DNA from: Octopus vulgaris | Taxonomy: Eukaryota | Length of the DNA stretch: 64,000 bases | Assembly (NCBI GenBank): GCA_951406725.2 | Contig: OX597826.1 | Span: 66,154,001-66,218,000, forward strand | Direction: 5' to 3' | In this document: one piece after another, positions 1 through 11,731 of the stretch | Position numbering within the stretch: the first letter of the stretch is position 1 | Layout: each line of letters begins with the position of its first letter | Notes under the pieces: model-generated | The model's input: only the letters and a program-made list of their open reading frames with translations | Told to the model about the DNA's origin: nothing | Databases searched by the model: none | Position numbers and translations under genes: made by a program

Positions 1-3000
1 ACACAACATATATATATATACTAGCAGGTAAGCCCAGTTTCACTCAGTCTGTTTGGATGATGTGGCTGTGATCGTTTTCGGTTAGGCATAATCTATAACA
101 GTGTTTCTCAACCTTAGCGTTTCGGGTCCCGTTTCAATTGGAGCCTCTAGCTGTATGAAAATTTCCTGACTCCTCACCGCCTTGTCAGAAAACAGCTTCA
201 GGAGTTGTGAAGAACGAATTTGTATGTAGTCTGTTTCTGTGAGCTATTCTATTGGACTCTGTCTAATCATTAAAACATTGATCTAATTATGAACATAGAA
301 AGAAATTATACATTAATCCCTATTTTTGTAAGAAGTTATATCCGTAAAAAATTTTATGTGCAGAGAGCAGAAATTGAAAGAAGATATATGAAATGGACGT
401 GTGTGTGTGTGTGCGTGTGCTTGCATGTGTGTATGTGAGAGAGAAAGAGGGCGAGAAAGTGAGATAGAGTGAGTGAGTGAAGGTGTGTGTTGTGATGATA
501 GATATCTTTTAAGGTACACACACATACATAGAAAATGTGAGTTCATCATATAAAATTTTTATGATAGTTAATTTATGGAAAATATGTTAAATTTTTGAAA
601 TGCAAATATGTGAATAAAAATTAAGTTCAGACCTCTACATGGTAGGTAGACCTGGTGGAAATAACAGCCAAATCTCCCTCAAAACACCCTACTGTCTTAA
701 TTCTGCCTATTATGTAGTTTGAATGAGAAACTGTAACTAAAGATTAAGATTGTTAACCCCACAAAGAGGTGAAAGAAGAGAGACAGCACAGTGAAAGTTT
801 TGGTTGATTGTCATCCTGTATTCCCCTTGATGCTAGCGAAATGGTATATGCTAGCTGTGTGAGCAACTGGTTGTTTTAATGGCGGAACAAACAGGGGAAT
901 TCCATTAGAAAAGTTTTAATCGATTTTCTCGGTAACTATAGGGGCTAGGAAAAAAATACAAACCACATTCCAATCTGGGCACCAGTCTCCACATGTGTGC
1001 TATTTTTCACACGAATCCACCTAACCATTTGGCTGTGAACCTCAAGACAAGAAAGAATACAATGATCGCCCATGTCCAATTTATATTATAGATAAATGGC
1101 ACACCTCTTTCAGTTTCAATCCACCAGACAAGGATTTGGTCACACTAGTGACGAAAGACACTTGCCCAAGATGCCATGAAGGGGGATTGAACCAGAAACC
1201 ATGTGAGAATAAAAAAACAGCTGAGGGAAAATACTCAGGGTATTTGTACAACATACAAGTATGACGGATTTTCACACGTAATATAGTGAATTAAGTTACC
1301 TCCAATAAGACCAGATCCACTCAACAAATTTTCGCTCAACTGAATAGAGTTATTTCCCTTGTTCTTAAAAATTTTTTTTTTTTTGTAAACCTCTACCTCC
1401 AATTCCTCTAGGGAGAATTTTGCAATATTTCCTTCAAAATTTGCAGTTGATTGAAGTTTTCCACCTCATTATATGTCATATATGCAAGACCCTGCCATAT
1501 TTTAGTATTTAGAATGCAGAATGGTTTCTCCTGAGGTATTTTCTTCTTAGTAATGTATTATTGTTAAATACATTCCATGATTCTGATCCAAGTGGATTTC
1601 AGTGGGTAATCAGCACGGATGCAACGTCATGTCATCTTAGACCCATATTTTTTCCCATTTATAATATGTATAAGAGATTTTGTTGGAGCAATTGCTTCAC
1701 AGTTGGAAGGCTTTCATATTCTTTAAAAAAAAAAAAAAAGAGCAATCCTGGGCAGTGGATTGGAGGGACTGTAAAAATGCTGGACAGGATGCCTTGTGGT
1801 GTTAGTTCTGGCACTTTGTGTTTCAAGTTCAAATCTCACCATTGCCTAATTGGGTGGCTAATTGCTTGCTTTAACCACCCAGCACCTTGGATGCATTTAA
1901 GCAGAGTCTACTGTTACAGGCAGTTGAGGTAGACTTCCAGTACAAGGATATTCCACTTTCTCCTACCTACTAGTCAAGGAGGCCCTACAGAAAGACATGG
2001 CCACTGCCTTCCCTCCTGACTAGAAGGTGAAAAAAAAATAAAAAGAGCTTAATGATCAATCCACGTCTGGAAAGGCAGGTGAGACAACCACAAAATTTTA
2101 ATTAAAATAAGTTAGCGTATTCAGAGGAGGTCGAGTCTGAACTTGGCAGTACGGTAACAACTGTGGATAAGTTTCAGTTTTGTTACATCTCTTCAGCTGT
2201 CCTGCCAAACAGAAATGATTTGTGAGAGATGTTTTTATGAATAATTACTGAATAGTGTGATAATTTAAAATAAGGAGAGAGGGAAAATTCCAAAAGCTAC
2301 ACACCACATGGAAAACATAGTAGGATATGTGTTAACAAGATAAGACTTATATTTGCATTTGTAGTACTTAAGTATGAGATTTATATTTGCATATGGATGA
2401 GGACAGCTGCGTATGAACTCAAATTGTGGAGGGAACTTGCAGAAGGGATAGACTCAGAAAGATGTGGAACAAAGTGGTGAGAAAGGATCTTTGACTGCTG
2501 GGGCCGCAATGAGGAAATGTCAAAGGACTGGGAGTTGTGGTAGTTTGCTGTACTTGAGAAGACTTGTCAAGCCAAATAAAATCAGTCATCTATACATACA
2601 GTTTTGTCCTTTTACTGGTGTCGGTGTCATGCAAAATGCACTTATGCCGGTGCTGCATAAATGCACCTGTGCTGGTAGCAGGTAAAAAAGCACCCAACTT
2701 ACTTTGTAAAGTGATTGGTGTTAGGAAGGGCATCCAGCTACAGAAATCATGCCACAACAGACAATTTGGAGTCTGGCCAGCTCCTATCAAATCATCCAAC
2801 CCATGCCAGCATGGAAAACGGACGTTAAACAATGATGATGATGAATTACATTTGTAATGGGGAGAAAGAATCATTATGACAAATGAGACTCACTAATCAA
2901 ACTCCTGATGGCAGAACATAACCTGTGTATTCATGGCAAGAAAGCATCGTGCATTCCAACAATGGCCACTGCAACTGGCTGTAAAAACTGTTGGTTAAAG

Positions 3001-3417
3001 ATTTAAAGAATCAACTACTAGATTATTTTTGTTTAGCCCAATGATCAAAGACATTCTTGCCATAGCCATCAGCATTTTTGCTCAGGTGTTTTATCTCACA
3101 CTATTCAATATGTCATTCCTTCCATTTTCTTTAATATTTTAAGTACCAACACCAGCACCATCTATTGGTGCCAGCACAACTCAGCTATGTGGATAAGTAA
3201 TGGCTTCCTAACTATGTAGTCTTGGTTTGGTCCCACTGTGCACCACTTTGGTCAAATGTCTTCTGCTACAGTGCTGGACTGACATAGGTCTTGTGAGTGA
3301 ATTTGGTAGATGGAAACTGAAAGATTGTCATATATGTGTGTGTGTGTGTGTATATATATATCATCACTATCATTTAACATCCATTTTCCAAGCTGGCATA
3401 TGTACCTTTGCCTAGAC

Positions 3418-3742
3418 CAGGCCTGGCCAACTTGAATCATGTTGTGGGCCACTTTAATCACAGAAAGTTTTTGGAGGGCCACTTGTATACTTGAAAACAT
3501 TTTGCTTTCTCATGCTATTATTACAATAATGAATGAATGATCATTGATTCAACATGAAATATTATTGTTGCAACAGCAATAGAATCTTTCTTTTTTTTCC
3601 TTTTCATTACAATCTTTAATTTTTGATAAAATTTTGAAAATGTTTGTTTAAATAAGCCCATTTTAGAAAAGTATCAAGCAGGCCGCAGGATAAAAGTCTA
3701 CAGGCTGCATGTGGCCCATGGGCCTCAGGTTGGCCAGCCCTG
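3418..3742. mobile_element. hAT-type MITE
   Basis: TIRs CAGGCCTGGCCAAC / GTTGGCCAGCCCTG; perfect 8-bp TSD GCCTAGAC at 3410-3417 and 3743-3750. Confidence 0.85.
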
Positions 3743-4219
3743 GCCTAGACAGTATGTGATGGTTGTAAATGAGCATCATCATCATGCAAACGAGGTGGTT
3801 CTTTTCCAGTCTAGCCATGGAGAAATATCACATTGCTTGGAAACAGGTGAAGGTTGGCAACAGGAAAGACATCCAGCCGTAGAAAAAGGAAGTCTGCAAG
3901 CATGCTCATGTAATTCCTGTTGAGTTTGTTGTCTCAATGCTATAAGAAAAATAAATAAAACACTCATGTCTACAGCATTCCCCCAAATCACAGGACAGAA
4001 ATAGCAGCCAATCTTCCTCACATTACAACAGATTGCTTTTAAGAAAATGAATACATATTGTTGGTCGATTATAACCGACTCAAAAAGGATGGTCGTGACT
4101 GGAACGTCCTTGATCATAGGGTTGCTCAATTAAGGTTATGGGAGGTTATTAGTCATACATAAATATATTGATTAACGTAAGAGAGAGAATGGGAGGGAGG
4201 AATGCTTATGAATACTTAC

Positions 4220-4310
4220 TTTCATATTCGTTTAATTTGAAGTAAGCATGAGCCCTGTTGGTGAAATATTCACTTTTGGTTTTATTGGCAGCAATTGCTT
4301 TTGTGAAGAG
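4220..4310 (-). CDS. SUGT1: SGT1 homolog, coding exon 3 (LFTKAIAANKTKSEYFTNRAHAYFKLNEYE), TPR motif
   Basis: TTTCAG acceptor, 91 nt, GTAAGT donor (phase 1). Clear TPR pattern KAI...YF.NRA.AY.KL..Y. A TPR starting right at the N-terminus favours SGT1 over PP5/STIP1. Further exons not found in the window. Confidence 0.8.
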
Positions 4311-4799
4311 CTGAAAATATATCAAAAGATAATTACTGTATATGTCAGTGTATAAAGACGTATTGTTAGTTAACAAAGCAAGAGATAGCTTACCTTCAAG
4401 CAAGTTAGCAACGTACCATACAGTTTCTCCTGAGGGGACAAATCTATGCAATGTAAACACCTGTGATGTCGCAACTCATTTCTACAGCTGAGTGAACTGG
4501 AGCAACATGAAATAAAGTATCTTGCTCAAGAACACAACACGTAACTTGGTCCAGGATTCGAACTCACAACCTCACGGTCGTAAGCTCGACGCTCTAACTG
4601 CTGAGCCATGCGCCTTCACTATACACTACACCCTACATTATTAAGCAAATCAACCTTCTCTGAATAAATATATATTCATTCAAAACCACTTGACTTCCAA
4701 CTGACTGTTGGCAGTACCTATCTGCGCACATTCTGCTAAGATAAATCGGATCTGTACCGACGCCAACAAATGGCAACAATTTTTGTGATTGGACAACAT

Positions 4800-5480
4800 T
4801 TTCACCATCACAAATTATTAGGCAAGTGTAATAAAAATGATAACTGTTATCAGAACAAACATTTATTTAATTCAACAGTAAAGGTTTAACAAAAAAAATA
4901 TTCATAAAGGACTTAATGGTAAACATAATAATACATTGGAATGAAAATAATCATGGGATTATTGTTCCTTATGTGCCGATTCATTGAATTTGTTAAGGTG
5001 ATGATATCCTCTTGTGTCTTGCTTTGAGCAGCAACTACAATAGCATTCCAGAGGGCAACTTTATTTGGAAACTACTGTCCATCTTAATAAAAGCACCTTT
5101 TCAGGACACTCCACAGGTTCTTGATCTGGTTTAACCCTTTTGTTACCAACCCGGCCAAAACCGGCTCTGGCTCTGTAGTACAAATGTTTTGTTTTCATAA
5201 GTTTTGCATCAAAATATACCACTAAACCTTAGTAGCAATTTATATTCCTAATACTAGCTGAATGATAACTAAGTTATTTTACTAAATTATTTGTTATATT
5301 TAAAATTAATTGAAAGAAACAGAGAGCATCTCAAAATAAATACAGTAACAAAGGGTTAAGTAAAGGGAACAAGGTGGCCACTCCATCAAATGACCTCCAG
5401 AGAAGCCTATTTGCTGCAGGTATTCCTCAGAATCCTTCGCTGCATGAGATGGGGTATTATCTTGCATGAAGACTAGCTTT
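4800..5480 (-). mobile_element. Tc1/mariner transposase remnant (C-terminal DDE region)
   Basis: Minus-strand translation gives LVFMQDNTPSH...MEWPPCSLY|LNQIKNLWSVLKR (Tc1 WPPxSPDLNPIENLW motif). It has stops and is split by a TTAA MITE. Confidence 0.8.
5135..5355. mobile_element. piggyBac-like MITE nested in the Tc1 remnant
   Basis: TTAA-CCCTTTTGTTAC ... GTAACAAAGGG-TTAA. An inverted copy lies at 51126-51342. Confidence 0.8.
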
Positions 5481-5736
5481 CACTTGTTCCAGAAAATCAA
5501 TGTTGTACTTGTATATTGATTGTATTTGACTGATATAATTTATTAGATGGTGAAAACTTCACAAATCATTAATCAGAGTCTCTCATTGCTAACCTTTGGG
5601 CAATAACTGGGGTTAATAATCGCTCAATGATCAGCAACAAGAAGCTATAATTATGTATGACGTTTCACCTTCCAATAAGATATACAGCAACAAGGGCAAT
5701 AATATGGTAAAGAGCAAGGAATGATTTTCATGTTAA

Positions 5737-6162
5737 CCCTTAAGCATTTAAACTGGCCATATTCAGCCAAATCATCCTACATGTTTTATGCTCAAGCTGG
5801 CCAGTTCTGGCCTCTCCTATCTATCCTATGATGTCATTCTAAAAATCAACAATCACATGATCAAAATCTCAAAGCAACAAAATGATCTTTTCTACTAGGT
5901 CCAAAATTTTGGGGGAAGGGGCCAGTCGATTAGATTGACTTAATTTATTGACCCACCCCAAAGGGATGAAAGGTAAAGTTAACCTTGGAGGAATTTGAAC
6001 TCAGAACATAAAGGCAGACAAAATACCATAAAGCATTTCGCCTGGTATGCTAATGATTCTGCCAGCTCGCTGCCTTAAGGCAACAAAATAATGCTTGATT
6101 GATTTAAAACGATATGAATTAACGAGTATTACATTTGACAGAATAATCTGAATGCTAAAGGG
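5737..6162. mobile_element. piggyBac-like MITE carrying a nested SINE (~5885-6078)
   Basis: TTAA-CCCTTAAGCATT ... AATGCTAAAGGG-TTAA. The internal SINE is flanked by a GCAACAAAAT direct repeat. Confidence 0.7.
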
Positions 6163-6229
6163 TTAAATAAGATGGAGAAAGAAACAAAAAATAAAAAAGA
6201 TGAAATAAAAGTCATAAAATGGAACTTAC

Positions 6230-6278
6230 ATCAATTGCACTTTGATAATTCTCGTTGACAAATTCATCATTGGCTTGC
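6230..6278 (-). CDS. SUGT1: SGT1 homolog, coding exon 2 (QANDEFVNENYQSAID)
   Basis: TTCTTTCAG acceptor, 49 nt, GTAAGT donor (phase 0). Peptide resembles the first TPR helix of SGT1 (A..F.....AID-L.TKAI). Confidence 0.8.
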
Positions 6279-6592
6279 CTGAAAGAATAATAACAGACAT
6301 CACATCATCATCATCATCATCGTCGTTTAACGTCCGTTCTCCATGCTAGCATGGGTTGGACGGTTCGACCGGGGTTCTGGGAAGCCAGAAGGCTGCACCA
6401 GGCTCCAGTCTAAATTTGGCAATGTTTCTACAGCTGGATGCCCTTCCTAACGCCAACCACTCCGTGAGTGTAGTGGGTGCTTTTTACGTGCCACCTGCAC
6501 AGGTGCCAGGCGGGGGCTGGCAACGGCCACGGTCAGATTGGTGTATTTTATGTGCCACCGGCACGGAAGCCAGTCGAGGCGGTGCTGGCATC

Positions 6593-7043
6593 GGCCACGA
6601 GTCGGATAGTGCTTTTTACGTACCACCAGACCAGGGATCCTGGCTGGTTCAATTCGATTTCGATTTCGCTTGCCCCAACATGTCTTCACAAGCAAAGGGG
6701 TTGGCAAGGGTGCCTGTCGTACGGTCGCATTGGAGTATTTTACGTGCCACGGCCACGAGTCGGATAGTGCTTTTTACGTACCATCAGACCAGGGATCCTG
6801 GCTGGTTCAATTCGATTTCGATTTCGCTTGCCCCAACATGTCTTCACAAGCAAAGGGGTTGGCATGGGTGCCTGTCGTACGGTCGCATTGGAGTATTTTA
6901 CGTGCCACGGCCACGAGTCGGATAGTGCTTTTTACGTACCACCAGGCCAGGGATCCTGGCTGGTTCAATTCGGTTTCGATTTCGATTTCGCTTGCCCCAA
7001 CATGTCTTCGCAAGCATGGGGGGTTGGCATGGGTGTCTGTCGT
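6593..7043. repeat. 158-bp tandem repeat (~2.9 units) in the LINE 3' UTR
   Basis: GGCCACGAGTCGGATAGTGC recurs at 6593, 6751 and 6909. Confidence 0.9.
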
Positions 7044-7126
7044 CGGATGAGGTTCTATATCGACATCGCTTGCCTCAACCGGTCTTTGTGTCCAAGGGAG
7101 GAAAGGCATTCATAAGTGGGCTGGGC

Positions 7127-10100
7127 TCACTTGTCCTGCCTGGTCTTCTCACGTACAGAATATTTCCAAAGGTCTCGGTCTCTGGTCATTTCCTCAGTGA
7201 GGCCTAAAGTTCGAAGGTCGTGCTTCACCACCTCATCCCAGGTTTTCCTGGGTCTACCTCTTCCACGGGTTCCCTCAACTGCTAGGGATTGGCACTTTCT
7301 CACACACCTATCTTCATCCATTCTCGCCACATGACCATACCAGCGCAATCGTCTCTCTTGCACACCACAACTGATGCTTCTTAGGTACAACATTTCTCTC
7401 AAGGTGCTAACGCTCTGTTGAGTATGTACACTGACATTACACATCCATCGGAGCATACTGGCTTCATTCCTCACGAGCTTACGCATGTCCTCAGCAGTCA
7501 CGGCCCATGTTTCGCTGCCATGTAGCATGGCTGTTCGTACACACGCATCATACAGTCTGCCTTTTACTCTGAGCGAGAGGCCTTTAGTCACCAGCAGAGG
7601 TAAGAGCTCCCTAAACTTTGCCCAGGCTATTCTTATTCTAGCAGTTACACTTTCAGCGCACCCACCCCCACTACTGACTTGGTCACCTAGATAACGGAAG
7701 CTATCAACTACTTCTAGTTTTTCCCCCTGGAAAGTGACGGAAGTTGTTTTCTGCAGATTTTCGGAGGTTAATGCTCCCGAGCATCTGCCACATACAAAAA
7801 CTATCTTCCCAGTTAGCCTACCTTTGACATTGCTGCACCTCTTATGTGTCCATAGCTTACACTGGGTACATCTTATAGAGTTTCTACCTACACCTTTTCT
7901 ACAGATCGAGCAGGGCCATCTTCCTGAAGATATTTGTGGATTGTCTACCTTTCTACTTATTAGTACTTTGGTTTTAGCTAGGTTGACTCTAAGGCCCCTT
8001 GATTCTAAACCCTCCTTCCACACCTGGAACTTCTCCTCCAGTTCTGATAGTGACTCAGCAATAAGAGCAAGGTTGTCAGCGTAGAGGAGCTCCCAGGGAC
8101 AGCCTGTCTTGAATTCCTCCGTAATTGCCTGGAGTACTATGATAAATAGGAGGGGGCTGAGTACTGAACCCTGGTGGACCCCAACCTCTACTTTGAATTC
8201 TTCTGTGTACATGTTGCCAACCCTAACCTTACTTACGGCATCTCTGTACATGGCTTGCACAGTCCTCACCAGCCATTCATCTATCCCTAGTTTCCTCATT
8301 GACCACCAGATAAGGGATCGGGGGACCCTATCAAAAGCTTTCTCCATGTCAACGAAAGCCAGGTACAGGGGCTTATCTTTGGCTAGGTATTTCTCCTGCA
8401 GCTGCCTTACCAGGAATATAGCATCAGTGGTACTTTTCCCTGGCACGAACCCAAACTGCATCTCATCTAAACTAACTCTCTCTCTAATTAGTTGGGCTAT
8501 GACCCTCTCCGTAACCTTCATTACTTGATCCAACAGCTTGATACCTCTGTAATTATTTGTATCTAGGGCATCACCTTTACCTTTGTAGCAGTTGACTAGT
8601 ATGCTGCTGCACCAGTCATTGGGTATGACTCCTTCGTGTATCACCTGGTTGACTATACGGGTGACTAGGTTATAGCCGACACTGCCAGATATTTTGAGCA
8701 TCTCTGCAGTAATTCCCGATGGGCCTGGGGCTTTCCCTGTCTTCATGCTCCTAATTGCCTTAGCTACCACGGAACTATCAACTCGGATAGCTGGTCCCTC
8801 TGTAGGGTCAACATTCGGCAGACTCTCTTTATCCCATTCATTTTCCTCATTCAGTAACCTTTCATAGTGGCGTCTCCAAGCTTCTCTCTTTGCATCCTCA
8901 TTTAGCGCAAGTGAACCATCCTCCATGCGAACACATTTCTCTCCTACCACATCACGATTCTCTCTCACACACTGTCTTGCAACACGAAATACCTCAAGTC
9001 TTTCATCCTCACGGCGCAGGACATTGGCAAATTTTCTCTTATCTGCTTCCCCTCTGGCTAGATAGACCTGTCTCCTAGCTTCCCTTCTGGCAGTCTGATA
9101 CCCTTCCCTGCTACCACCGTTCTTCCAGGCCTTCCAAGCCTGTTTCTTTTGTCTAATAGCCCTGTCAACAATATTGTTCCACCACCACGTTATTTTGGGT
9201 CTTAAGGGGACTTTGCACCAGCCACAGATCTGGTCAGCGGCTTTCAGCAGGTTGTCCCTCAGAAACGTCCAGTTGTCTTCTACCCCATGTGTAGCTATAC
9301 CCACTTCCACTTCGTCGAAGGCTTCAAGTAACATATCTCTAAATCTCTGTCCATTCGCAGGGGCTTTAAGCTTCCAGACCCTTCTTCTCCATGTTGGTCG
9401 TCTTCTAGTCGCCCTCTTAGTCCTGATCCTAAACTCACTAACTACCAGTCTATGTTGTGGGGTACATTCTTCGCCTGGGAAGGTTTTGGCATTTTTAAGC
9501 AGCCATCTTTCCCTTTTTCTGGCAAGGATGTAGTCGATTTGGCTAGTATGCCGGCCCGATCGGTAGGTGACCAGGTGGCTTGTTGGTTTCCTGAAGTTAG
9601 TGTTGCAGACCATAAGACTATTCGCATCGCAGAACTCCAGCAGCCTGGTTCCCTCCTCGTTGCGGGAACCATAACCGTAGCCTCCATGTACGCCATGGAA
9701 GCCCCCAGCATGTCGTCCAACATGCCCATTGAAATCACCAGCCACAAAGAGAAGGTCCCTGTCGTTCGTCGATGAGGTGGTCTGCAGTAGGGTGTCATAG
9801 AAACTGTCTTTCTGTCCATCGGGTAGCCCTGGCTGAGGGGCATAGGCCGATATAATGGTTGCTAATCTATTATGAAGCACTATTCTAATCTTAAGTATTC
9901 TGTCACTTACTCTGATTACCTCAACTACTCTATCTATCCATTTCTCAGCGATAAGTATACCCACACCACCAACCCCGTCAGTGTTCCCTGCCCAGAAAAT
10001 CTTGTACCTGTGTTCCTTGCCTGTGAGGACCCTAGCAGATCCTCCTCTCCACCTTATTTCTTGCATACAACATACATCAACACGTCTCCGTTCAAGCATC

Positions 10101-10240
10101 TCGACTATCTCGCCAGACCTACCTTTCAATGTGCCAACGTTGAGGGTGCCCACCCTGAGGGTGTGGGCCTCTGAGACCCTGGGATGAGGGGCCGCAGTGT
10201 TATGTACCTGAAAAGAAAGCTTGCATTTGCCAGATATCAT
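7127..10240 (-). CDS. RTE LINE ORF: AP endonuclease + reverse transcriptase + PHD finger (1037 aa)
   Basis: APE motifs (GTLNVGTL, MQEIRW, AGDFNGHVG, SQIDYIL, QHRLV); RT motifs (YRGIKLL, AFVDMEKAFDRV, GVHQGSVLSPLLF, LLYADN); C4HC3 PHD CSIC..CTQC..H..C..CGRC; RTE C-terminus RGRGRPRKTW. Confidence 0.95.
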   Translation of the reverse strand: MISGKCKLSFQVHNTAAPHPRVSEAHTLRVGTLNVGTLKGRSGEIVEMLERRRVDVCCMQEIRWRGGSARVLTGKEHRYKIFWAGNTDGVGGVGILIAEKWIDRVVEVIRVSDRILKIRIVLHNRLATIISAYAPQPGLPDGQKDSFYDTLLQTTSSTNDRDLLFVAGDFNGHVGRHAGGFHGVHGGYGYGSRNEEGTRLLEFCDANSLMVCNTNFRKPTSHLVTYRSGRHTSQIDYILARKRERWLLKNAKTFPGEECTPQHRLVVSEFRIRTKRATRRRPTWRRRVWKLKAPANGQRFRDMLLEAFDEVEVGIATHGVEDNWTFLRDNLLKAADQICGWCKVPLRPKITWWWNNIVDRAIRQKKQAWKAWKNGGSREGYQTARREARRQVYLARGEADKRKFANVLRREDERLEVFRVARQCVRENRDVVGEKCVRMEDGSLALNEDAKREAWRRHYERLLNEENEWDKESLPNVDPTEGPAIRVDSSVVAKAIRSMKTGKAPGPSGITAEMLKISGSVGYNLVTRIVNQVIHEGVIPNDWCSSILVNCYKGKGDALDTNNYRGIKLLDQVMKVTERVIAQLIRERVSLDEMQFGFVPGKSTTDAIFLVRQLQEKYLAKDKPLYLAFVDMEKAFDRVPRSLIWWSMRKLGIDEWLVRTVQAMYRDAVSKVRVGNMYTEEFKVEVGVHQGSVLSPLLFIIVLQAITEEFKTGCPWELLYADNLALIAESLSELEEKFQVWKEGLESRGLRVNLAKTKVLISRKVDNPQISSGRWPCSICRKGVGRNSIRCTQCKLWTHKRCSNVKGRLTGKIVFVCGRCSGALTSENLQKTTSVTFQGEKLEVVDSFRYLGDQVSSGGGCAESVTARIRIAWAKFRELLPLLVTKGLSLRVKGRLYDACVRTAMLHGSETWAVTAEDMRKLVRNEASMLRWMCNVSVHTQQSVSTLREMLYLRSISCGVQERRLRWYGHVARMDEDRCVRKCQSLAVEGTRGRGRPRKTWDEVVKHDLRTLGLTEEMTRDRDLWKYSVREKTRQDK

Positions 10241-10862
10241 ACTGAGACTCTAGACTACAACCTGCATAAATTTCAAAGTTTTTGCGCTATATGATCACAA
10301 TAAACCCTACATAGGGGTGAGGGGGGGTCAAGAAAGATAGAAAACAGAAACTTCCGGTTCTGGTGGAAGGGTGGGAGGGAGGGCGGGGTCACCTCCAAGA
10401 AACAACAGGTTTTAAGTTAATACGTAGGGAATTTTCTGCGACAGAAATTACTGAACATCTAGAAACTTCGGGGTTCGATTAAAACATAATATAAATAGGA
10501 GAGAGAGGGAGAATATTGTAGTGAATTCTGGGGATGGAATAACAACGGGATGACACTGAAATTAAAGGAGGAATTTAAAATGCATGACAGACAGGAAGCC
10601 ATGCATACAAGATGGCGAAATAAATAATAGAGAAACGGGATTTAGAGTTACGAATCAACGCTTAAAAAAATGAATATGAATGACAGGTTGTAAGTTAAAT
10701 TCGCTTAGCTGGTCATTTTTCGAGTCAGTGTTTTGTCAGCAAGATGTAGAATCGAGAAGAGGGACGAGATAACACTGCTTTATAAAGAGTTAGGGATTGG
10801 GGGGGGGGATTATCAGGTGGAAGCATGAGGAAAGAGAGAGGGGGAAGGAAGAGAGAGAGCTA

Positions 10863-11375
10863 AGGAACAGCAGGTTTAATTCGTAAGGAATTTTCTGCAA
10901 CAGAAATTACTGAACATCTAGAAACTTCGGGGTTCGAGAAGAATGTAATATAAATAAGAGAGAGAAAATATTTCGTAGGGAATTTAGGGTATCTTTGGGG
11001 AAAGGAATAACGACGAAGGAACAACAGGTTTTAAGTTAATACGTAGGGAATTTTCTGCGACAGAGATTACTGAACATCTAGAAACTTCGGGGTTCGAGAA
11101 GAATGTAATATAAATAAGAGAGAGAGAAAATATTTCGTAGGGAATTTAGGGTATCTTTGGGGAAAGGAATAACGACGAAGGAACAACAGGTTTTAAGTTA
11201 ATACGTAGGGAATTTTCTGCGACAGAGATTACTGAACATCTAGAAACTTCGGGGTTCGAGAAGAATGTAATATAAATAAGAGAGAGAGAAAATATTTCGT
11301 AGGGAATTTAGGGTATCTTTGGGGAAAGGAATAACGACGAAGGAACAACAGGTTTTAAGTTAATACGTAGGGAAT
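10863..11375. repeat. ~162-bp tandem repeat (~3 units) in the LINE 5' region
   Basis: ACAACAGGTTTTAAGTTAATACGTAGGGAA at 11021, 11183 and 11345; diverged units at ~10867 and ~10402. Confidence 0.9.
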
Positions 11376-11700
11376 ATATATATATATCTAGACACACATA
11401 CATATCTTTATCAACATCATTTAATGTCCCTTTTTCATACTGATACAGGTAGTTTATATCATCATCAACATTTAGTGTCTGCTTTCTATGCTGGCATGGG
11501 TTAGATGGTTTGATTGGAACTGGTAAGCTGGAGAGCTGCACCAAAATCCAGTCTGATTTGGCATGGTTTTCTATGGCTTGATGCCCTCCCTAACACCAAC
11601 CACTGCAAGAGTGTAATGAGTGTAAAGGGTACCAGTTACATGACACTGGTATCAGTGACAACTATGATTTCACATGGCTTAATGAGTCTTTTTAAGCAAG

Positions 11701-11731
<31 letters not shown>

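Larger units (their letters stand above)
6300..11375 (-). mobile_element. Near full-length RTE-clade LINE in SUGT1 intron 1
   Basis: (GAT)n 3' tail at ~6304-6323, 3' UTR with tandem repeats, single long ORF, 5' region with tandem repeats. Confidence 0.92.

Noticed and set aside
2110-2200. Possible further SUGT1 exon (acceptor-like TTTGGCAG on minus)
   Set aside because: No frame gives TPR-like sequence and there is no good donor.
4220-4310. Protein phosphatase 5 or STIP1 as the identity of the TPR exons
   Set aside because: The very short N-terminus and the DEFVNENYQSAID helix fit SGT1 better; not fully excluded without downstream exons.
6593-7043. Regularly spaced repeats resembling a CRISPR array (also 10863-11375 and 55257-55455)
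   Set aside because: Whole units are repeated with no unique spacers; eukaryotic LINE UTR context.
6356-7115. Overlapping 90-190 aa ORFs with internal repeats
   Set aside because: Products of the 158-bp tandem repeat in the LINE 3' UTR; no protein motif.
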